Below, in pieces: positions 49,625 to 64,000 of a stretch of DNA of 64,000 nt. Made by a program: the position numbers and the translations under genes. The notes below the pieces were generated by a model. That model was not told the origin of the DNA. It made no database searches and worked only from the letters and a program-made list of their open reading frames with translations. Each line of letters begins with the position of its first letter. Positions within the stretch are counted from its first letter, which is position 1. The stretch lies in NCBI RefSeq assembly GCF_009914755.1, contig NC_060947.1, one strand, 5' to 3'. This stretch comes from the human T2T-CHM13v2.0 reference genome, Homo sapiens.

Positions 49625-50365
49625 TAAAGTAGTATAGCCATTATGGAAAACAGTATGGAGGGTCCTCAAAAAACTACAAGTACAACTAGCATATGATCCA
49701 GCAATCCCACTACTGGGAATATATTCAAAAAAAAAAAAAAAAAAAAAGAGGAAATCAGTATATCAAAGAACTGCAGCACTACTCACAACAGCGAAGATAT
49801 GGAATCAACTTTAATGTACATTAATGGTTAAATGGATAAAGAAATATTGTATATATACACAATGGAATATTATTCAGCCTGAAAAAGAATTAAGTCCTGT
49901 CATTTTCAGCAACATGGGTGGAACTGGAGGTCATTATGTTTAGTGAAATAAGCCAAGCACAAAAAGACAAATATCTCATGTTCTCACTCATATGTCGGAG
50001 CTAAAACAGTGGATGTCATGGTGGTAGAGAGTAGAATGATAGTTAACAGAGGCTGGGAAGGAAAGGGGAGCAGAGGGCATGAAGTAAAGTTGGTAAATGG
50101 GTATAAAAATACAGGTAGATATAATAAGTTCTGGTATTTGATAGCATAGTAGGGAAATTACAGTTTAAAATAATTATGTATTTCAAAATAGCTAAAAGAG
50201 AAGAATTTTAATGTTTCCAACAAAAAGACAAATGTTTAGATGATATATTTCCCAATTAGCTTGACTTGATCATTACACATTGTATACATGTATGAAAATA
50301 TCACGTATACCCCAAAAATATATACAACTATGGTGTATCAATTGTTTAAAAATACAAATAAATAA
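49625..50365 (+). mobile_element. L1MA 3' end
   Basis: Contains catatgatccagcaatcccactactggg and an L1MA-type 3'UTR. Confidence 0.8.
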
Positions 50366-50594
50366 GAAAAATATCATAAGTCCATTTTACAAACACAAAA
50401 ATGTGATAAAGATGTGGGACAATGCCCCTTTTTTAAATATTGGACAGTTATAAATAGAAACGACATGCATATATGAATGTTTACATTTTGTTCATAACAA
50501 GAAATCAGGAACAGCTTAATATGCAACAGTAGAGAAATGGCTAAATAAATCATGACATGTTCATCTGCAAAAAAAAAAAAATACTATACTGCCA

Positions 50595-51010
50595 GTATTA
50601 GGGAGTTCTTGCATTGCTATACAGAAATATCTGAGGCTGGGTAATTTATAAAGAAAAGAGGTTTAGTTGGCTCAAGGTTCTGCAGACAGGACAAAAAGTG
50701 AGGTGCCAACATCCGCTTCTGGAAAGGGTCTTAGGAAGCTAACAATCACGGCAGAAGGTGAAGGGAAAGCAGGCACCATGCATGATGAGAGTGGAAGCAA
50801 AAGAACAAGGGGGAGGTGCCACACACTTTTAAACAACCAGAACTCACGTGAACTGAGTGAGAACTAACTTATCATCAAGGGGATGGTGCTAAATCATTCA
50901 CGAGGGATGCACTCCCATGATCCAAACATCTCCCACCAGGCCCCACCTACTAAACTAGGGATTACATTTCAACATGAAATTTGGAGGGGACAAATATCCG
51001 AGCCACATCA
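50595..51010 (-). mobile_element. MST-type MaLR LTR
   Basis: Contains ctgggtaatttataaagaaaagagg and tttcaacatgaaatttggaggggaca. Confidence 0.85.
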
Positions 51011-51132
51011 CAGCCCATTACAATCAATTGAAAAACAATTTTTTCAAAAAAAAAAGTTGTTGTTAAAGTGTTGTTTAAAAAAACAACAACAACAAGTACA
51101 TCTTCTGTAAGAAAACTGCATGCAATTAAGCC

Positions 51133-51170
51133 AGCCCCATGGTGTAATGGTCAACACCCTGGACTCTGAA
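51133..51170 (+). pseudogene. Tailless retropseudogene of the 5' half of tRNA-Gln(CTG)
   Basis: agccccatggtgtaatggtcaacaccctggactctgaa resembles tRNA-Gln GGTTCCATGGTGTAATGGTTAGCACTCTGGACTCTGAA. It stops at the anticodon loop and is flanked by an 18-bp direct repeat (51111-51128 and 51168-51185). Confidence 0.85.
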
Positions 51171-51644
51171 AATTGCATGCAATTACAAGCAAAGACCACT
51201 ACCTCTCTACCGAATCTCCCATCTCCCACAGGTGGATATAGACATATGGCAATCAAGCTAGCGATGAGTTTTATAACTCCATAAAACTGTATGTGGATTA
51301 TGACTAGTTTTTGTCCAGGAACTATGAGCAAAGATGATATATGCCACTCCAGGTCCAGGACTTAAAAGAACAAAAGTCTATCCACTCTCTATCTCCTCTC
51401 TGAAAGCTGGAACCTGGGCAAACCTGTGACCCGTTTTAGACTGTGCTAACAAAGAAAACCCTAGGGGGTGGTAAAGAAAATGAGATAAAAGGAACCAGAG
51501 TGCTCATGGACTCTTCACATTTGTTTTAACCACAAAATATTTTCAGTTATTGTTTTCAAGCCATTGTGTCTGGGTCTTTTTTTTTTACAGCTTCTTATTC
51601 TTTCATTCTAACTAATGTAGTACAACATAGAAAAATGCCATAAC

Positions 51645-57629
<5,985 letters not shown>

Positions 57630-57885
57630 CTGCCATGACACATGTTCATGGCACCTATATTTTAAAAAGTGATAGCAGTATGCTTTTTATTGTTGTCTTC
57701 ATGATCTTGTATACATGTATTATTTTGCAATAAACTTTAAAAGTAGTATTTTAATAAATTTTAAAATATGAATCATTATTTAATTATTCTCTGATCCTTA
57801 CTTCGCTGTCTTCCCTTAATAAACAGCTATTGTACAGTTAAATATACAATATATGCGTTTATATGGGCTAAAAAAATTTTCTAGT

Positions 57886-58084
57886 GGAGGGTCAGCAAAC
57901 ATTTTCCATAAAGGATGAGATAGTAAATATTTTAAGCCATATGGTCTCTGTTGGAACTAGTCAACACTGCCATTGTCTAACAAAAGCAGACAGAGGCAAT
58001 ACAAAAATGAATGGACATGTCTGTTTTCCGAAAAACTTTATTCACAAAAGCAACTGTACTGTGGGCCACAGTTTGCCAACCCTT
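57886..58084. mobile_element. MER58-like hAT MITE
   Basis: gggtcagcaaac...tagtaaatattttaagc...gtttgccaaccc. Confidence 0.7.
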
Positions 58085-59156
58085 TCAGAACATAGTCCTT
58101 ATTGTACTATTTTTATAGTTTAGATTGTTTTAAAATATTAAAGAAAATATCAAGTAGCATTCATTCTCCATGAATGGAAAAATCTTTAAAAATTGAAAAG
58201 GTGAAAAGCAAATCAAACGAGTTCTGTGAAAACTTTCATATACTAATCCTCATAGAAATGAACAGTAAGCTTTCTTCAACACTACCCTATTACCAAATAG
58301 CATTTGTGAAGTGTCTACCCTCATATGGTGCTCTGCCAAGTAACAAAGGTAAGGAAGGTCCTTCATATGACAAGATGATGCCAGGATATGTGCTAACTGC
58401 TGTTGTTCTAGATGTGATGGTGAATTGAAAGGGTTAATTTATTTATTGAATCTCCCATATGGTCAATGATATACATCTGGCAAGATGGCCAGGGTTACAA
58501 ATTCTGACCATGATCATGGAACAATGTAAGTTTCTGGTCCCACCAGTCATATACTATTATATTGAGTCATACATCCAGAAAGTATTTACTGAGTACCTAC
58601 TATGTGCCAACCATCTCAGAGCAGACAAAGTGTACACTAACACAAGGCTTCCAACATTTCCTTCAAAGCAGCTCTCATGGCTTAAGGGAAAGCTTATGCT
58701 AGGGGAAGCCAGGAGAGAGCTTACAGTCGTCCTATATAAACACAAAATGTTTAATTTTCATGGGTCATCCTAACAAAAAAATCTGGTATATTTTGCATCT
58801 TATTCCACTGTATATCCATGTTTTAAATAATATTCTTAAATGTATTCTATTTAATTGAAAGTATCAACACAGATTTATGGTTTTTAGTGTTTCAGATCTT
58901 GGTTTCTAAATATCACTCTCAAATACATAGAGGCAAGGCTCTTGTAGAAATACCTAATGTAAACCTCTTTCATAGAGGTAAGTGGTTGATTCTATAGCAA
59001 GAGCAAGAAAAATATCAGCATAGGAAAACACCACAGTGTATCATGGGGAAGATGATCTGAGACTATTAACAACTAAATGCAAGGTAGTATCCTGGACCAG
59101 ATCCTGGAACAGAATAACATTTTTTTAAAAATCCATCAATAATAATAATTTTAAAG

Positions 59157-59592
59157 TCCATCAATGATAGACTGGATAAAGAAAATGTGGCACATATACA
59201 ACATGGAATACTATGCAGCCATAAAAAGGATGAGTTCATTTCCTTTGCAGGGACATGGATGAAGCTGGAAACCATCATTCTCAGCAAACTATTATAAGGA
59301 CAGAAAACCAAACACTGCATGTTCTCACTCATAAGTGGGAGTTGAACAATGAGAACACATGGACACAGGGAGGGGAACATCACACACCGGGGCCTGTAGA
59401 GGGGTGGGGGGGTAGGGGGGTGGGGGGGGCTGGAGGAGGGATAGTGTTAGGAGAAATACCTAATGTAAATGATGAGTTGATGGGTGCAGCAAACCAACAT
59501 GGCACATGTATACCTATGTAACAAACCTGCATGTTGCGCACATGTACCCTAGAACTTAAAGGATAATTAAAAAAAAAAAAAAGAAAGAAAAA
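59157..59592 (+). mobile_element. 5'-truncated L1PA (PA5-6-like) 3' end inside an older L1M remnant
   Basis: End of ORF2, G-rich 3'UTR and polyA tail. Confidence 0.9.
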
Positions 59593-60805
59593 AATTGGTG
59601 AAATTCAAATAAGGTCTGTAGTTAATAGTATTCTACCAATATTAATTCCTGAGTTTTTATAATTATACTATGGATATATAAGATATTAGCATTAGGGAAA
59701 GTAAAATTAAATATATTCAAAAACTATCTATACCAATTTCACAACTTTTCTGTAAGTCTAAACTTAGACCAATAAAAACTTTAATGTTTTCAATTTAATA
59801 AAACGTATATACCAGGCAGATGCTCCAGTGTTTATCCTGTGGCTTTATATTCCACCACCACCCCACCAAGTGCCAGAATACGACTACAGTTTCTTAGAAG
59901 CATGCTTCTAGCCTATTCAAAAGCAGAACTTAATTGAGGAATATCCAAAAATATAAGGTGATGATGTATTTTGTCTATAAATTATAATTAGAGTAATACA
60001 AATCATCAACAGCAAAGTTAGTGTGGTATATTTCAAAGAATGCTGGAATAGGAACAAGAAGATCTTAGTTTTGGCACCAGTCCTGCTGTGATCTGTCCAT
60101 TTGACACTGGGCTCACCTCAACTTTCTCATCAACAGATGACTTCCATCTGAACTACCATAAATTTATAAATCTACAGATGATCAGCAAGGGATCAATGCT
60201 TCCTTTATACTAGGCAACTGTACTAGGCAATTGTAAATTACTACCAACAGCACAGTGGCTTGGCACATATACATATTCTTAAACTTTATTCATTTATCAA
60301 AGGTTTATTGAGGGATTGTTATATTCCAGGCACTCTTAGGCACTGAGGATATATAGACATATAAGACATGATCCCCCATCTTTAAGAGTCTAATAGGGCC
60401 AACAGATCTATAAACAATAATACAGTATGAAAAATGTTATATTACAAAAACATGCATGGTACTTGAAAGCACAAAGAGAAAAATTGATACTACCGGGATT
60501 ATCAAATAAGCCATCACTAGAAAGCAGTATTTTAGATGGGTCCTGAAGGAGGAGAAAGAATTGTTCACGTACAATGGGGACCAGCATAAAAAAGGCATAA
60601 AGGTATGAGAGAATATATATTCAGACAGCAAGGTGCATGGTGTCATGCTGCTGAAGCATGACTGTAGAAGGAGGGGAAATTTTCCTGAGAAGCATATATA
60701 ACTGTAAACTTGGAGCACAAGTAAATATAGTGCTCTAATTTATACTACTCACATACAACAGGAACCCTCAATTCTAGAAATAAACACAAACATTGCTTTG
60801 GCCCA

Positions 60806-61293
60806 AGGTGGTAGACAATGGCTCCCCAAAGATGCTCAAGTCCTAATACCCAGAAGCTATGAATATATTATCTTATATGGCAAAAAGGATTTTGTTAATG
60901 CAATTAAGGATCTTCACACGGGAAGATTATCCTGGATTATCCAGGTAGGCCCTAATGTAATCACAAAGTTCCTTAAAATGGGGAGGCAAAAAATTCAAAG
61001 GCAGAAGAAGGAGATGGAATGAGAAGCAGAGTCTGAAGTGATGCACTCTGAAGTTGGAGGAAGGGCCATGAGCCAAAGGATTCAGGTGACCTCTAGAAAC
61101 TGGAAAAGATAAGGAAACCGATTTTCCCCTGGAACCTCCAAAACTAATGCAGCACCGCCTACACCTTGACTTCGTCCCCGTAAGACTCATTTTGAACTTC
61201 TGACCTACAGAACTGTAAAAGAATAAGTCTGTATTGGTTTTAGCCACTACAATTGTGGTAATTTATAACAGCAGTAATAGGAAACTAAGACCA
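60806..61293 (+). mobile_element. MLT1-type MaLR LTR
   Basis: Contains aatggctccccaaagatg, gattatcctggattatccagg and cagcagtaataggaaacta. Confidence 0.8.
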
Positions 61294-61489
61294 CTAGTAA
61301 TAGCAGTAAGTGATGAGGCAAAAGGAAATGCAAAACCACTCGGCAGAAACATAGGGATCCTCCAGGCAAAGTGCCACTTAAGAGAAATTCAAAATTCAAC
61401 ATTTCAGGGGGAAAAGGAAGGAAAAATACTGACCCTAAAGCTGGAGAGAAAATAACAAATCATATTAAACCCTCCAAAAACATTATATA

Positions 61490-61970
61490 TGAGGAAAGTG
61501 AAAATCGCCTGGTGGCAATTGAACAGGCCCTGGAGACAAAAACTCATTATCTGAGGAATTTAAAAGGGAGCAAAGACCACCTGGTGGCCATCAAACAGGC
61601 CATTTGGAGGATAAACTCCTTATCTAGGGAATTTAGAAATAATTAAACTTCCCTGGTATATAAAGTTGACATCTGATTCCAGGCCTCTTTCAACTTTTAT
61701 AAGTAACTAAAATTTCTATACATCTCTGGAATGCCATGTTGAAACTCATTTTACAACCCTAAGCTCCCACTTTAAGGTCCATAAATAGCCCTAAGGAAAA
61801 AGCCAAGGCTGAATGCTCAGTCCTCTCATTGAGGCACCCCGCTGGAACCTTTTGCAGAGTTCTTCCTAATAAACTCCTTTTTCAAACCTATACTGTTGTT
61901 GGCAAATTCTTTTTACCAACCCAGAAGTTGACCACTTCCCAGTGCCAGGGCTCTGATACCTCACCTGGCA
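61490..61970 (+). mobile_element. ERV solo LTR (subfamily not assigned)
   Basis: TG...CA ends, an internal repeat, a TATA-like cataaata and an AATAAA; flanked by atata on both sides. Confidence 0.65.
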
Positions 61971-61999
61971 ATATAATAGAAATATGTGAAAGAGGCTAC

Positions 62000-62622
62000 T
62001 GATAGTGGCAGGAGGCAGACAAAGGCCTAGGCAGACAGTGGCAGGTCTACAGTGAAACCCCACCTCCAAGCTGAAGACAGTTTAAAGCCTGAAAGCCAAG
62101 CTAGAAGTCAAATCCACAGATCGGATTGAAAACCTGTGTTCCTGTCTGGCATGCTTTCTCTGACTGATCCCCACCCTTCACCTATTTTACTTATATCTAC
62201 CCTTTCCTAATTGCTTTTCTACACTGCTATGCCCAACTTTGAGTGGTGCCTTTGCTTTAGCCTTTCTTTGCATACTCAGCAATCAGCACACACTCCCCTA
62301 TTCTGAGCCCATAAAAAACCCCGGACACAGCCATACTGACAGAGAGAGAGAAACCACCTGGAGTCCCCTTTCCTCTTCCATCGCTCAATAAAATTCTTCT
62401 CTGCCCATCCAGACCCTTCTAATTGTCAGTGTATCCTCATTCTTCCTGAACACAGGAAAAGAGCTCGGGGAACCACCAAACTCGAGTACAATCTGCAACA
62501 CAGGCTGAGTGGGCGGGTCACCTCCAGTGGAAGGCCCAGGACCAGGTGAGGTCCAGGCGTGGGGATGTTGCTGGCTGTGGAGGTCCCTGGTTGGCAAAGT
62601 GGCCAAGAAAAATCCTGCGTCA
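62000..62622 (+). mobile_element. ERV1 solo LTR (LTR1/LTR27/LTR28-like)
   Basis: Starts tgatagtggcaggaggcag and ends aaaaatcctgcgtca; TSD ctac/ctat; AATAAA near 62387. Confidence 0.75.
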
Positions 62623-62665
62623 CTATAAAACAAGTATGCTTTACATGTTTTAAAACAATGAAATA

Positions 62666-63033
<368 letters not shown>

Positions 63034-63109
63034 CTAGAAGCCATTGAGATAAAAATGATAGCTAAGTTAAAATCAGACACATCTTAAGGAAGAAGGGGAG
63101 AACCGGCAA

Positions 63110-63303
63110 AGAGGTCTGCAAGCAATGTTTATAAAGGGCCAGAGAGTAAATATTTTAGGCTTTGCAGGCCACACAGCCTCTGTTGCAGTTACTGAATTCT
63201 GCCTTTGTAGTGTGAAACCTGCCATAGTTAATGTGTAAATATGCGTTCCAATAAGATTTTACTTACAAAACCAAGTGGCCAGTGGGCCATAGTTTGCAAA
63301 CTC
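63110..63303. mobile_element. MER58-like hAT MITE
   Basis: taaagggccagagagtaaatattttaggctttgcaggcca...gggccatagtttgc. Confidence 0.7.
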
Positions 63304-63786
63304 AAAACCAGAAGATAAAGCTGAGGAAATTACTCAGAATACAGCATCGAAAAGAAAAAGACAAGAAATGGGAAAGAGATGTTATGAGGAATAAAAGAAT
63401 GAGAAGATCCAATATATTTCTAAGAATTTCCAAAAGGAAGAATAAGAGACAGGCAACATTAAAAAAACTATATCGGCACTTTCCTCCCAATAAAAGGCAT
63501 AAAATATCTGATTTCAAGTGGCAAAACAAGTCCTGAGCAGGATAAATAAAAACAAAGCCCAAATCTAGACAGCTAAGAGCAAGACTGCCTGACTATAAAC
63601 ACAAACAAGAGAATGTTAAAGTTACCAGAAGGAAAAGAGAATTCATCTACAAAAGAATGACAGACTAACAGCAGACTTCTCAAAAGCAATAAAAGAAGCC
63701 AGAGGACAAAGTGCTGATGGAAAACACTATGAATTACAGAACTAACTAAACTGTAATTTGAAACTGAAGGTGAAATCAAGACACTG

Positions 63787-63980
63787 CCAGGACCAGGCGA
63801 GGCCCAGGCAGTGGGGGTGTCCCCGGCTGTGGAGGTCTCTGGTTGGCAAAGTGGCCAAGAAAAATCCTGCATCACTATATAACAAGTATGCTTTACATGT
63901 TTTAAAACAATGAAATAGGCCAGGCACGGTGGCTCACACCTGTAATTGCAGCACTTTGTGTGGCCAAGGCGGGCGGATCA
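63787..63980 (+). repeat. ~194-bp direct copy of 62536-62728
   Basis: The LTR 3' end, unique spacer and Alu 5' end recur in the same order. Confidence 0.92.
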
Positions 63981-64000
63981 CAAAGACAGAGTGTGAAACA

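Noticed and set aside
51133-51170. Functional tRNA-Gln gene
   Set aside because: The 3' half, including the T arm/B-box and 3' acceptor strand, is missing; reported as a pseudogene instead.

Overview
This is mammalian genomic DNA, almost certainly human Xq21. It holds the 5' part of CHM (choroideremia; Rab escort protein 1, REP1) on the minus strand. Six GT-AG coding exons (exons 3-8: 73, 125, 388, 117, 121 and 226 nt) splice in frame. From 31024 to the end is intron 2; exon 2 lies beyond the window. The introns are dense in repeats: a near-full-length L1PA6-like element, older L1s, about ten Alus, several ERV solo LTRs, MaLRs and DNA transposons. There is no prokaryotic-type system. The most notable items are: (1) a sense-oriented solo LTR12C in intron 4, where an apparent single substitution creates a splice acceptor giving a terminal exon that encodes ...RSTLLL*, next to an intact NF-Y/TATA promoter pointing at exon 5; (2) a tailless, TSD-flanked retrocopy of the 5' half of tRNA-Gln(CTG); (3) a ~194-bp templated local duplication crossing an LTR/spacer/Alu junction; (4) two latent pseudoexons (98 and 224 nt), each one base from activation; (5) two 26-bp duplications with inverted spacers that look like template-switch scars. 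Repeat subfamily names come from recalled consensus sequences and need RepeatMasker/Dfam confirmation.
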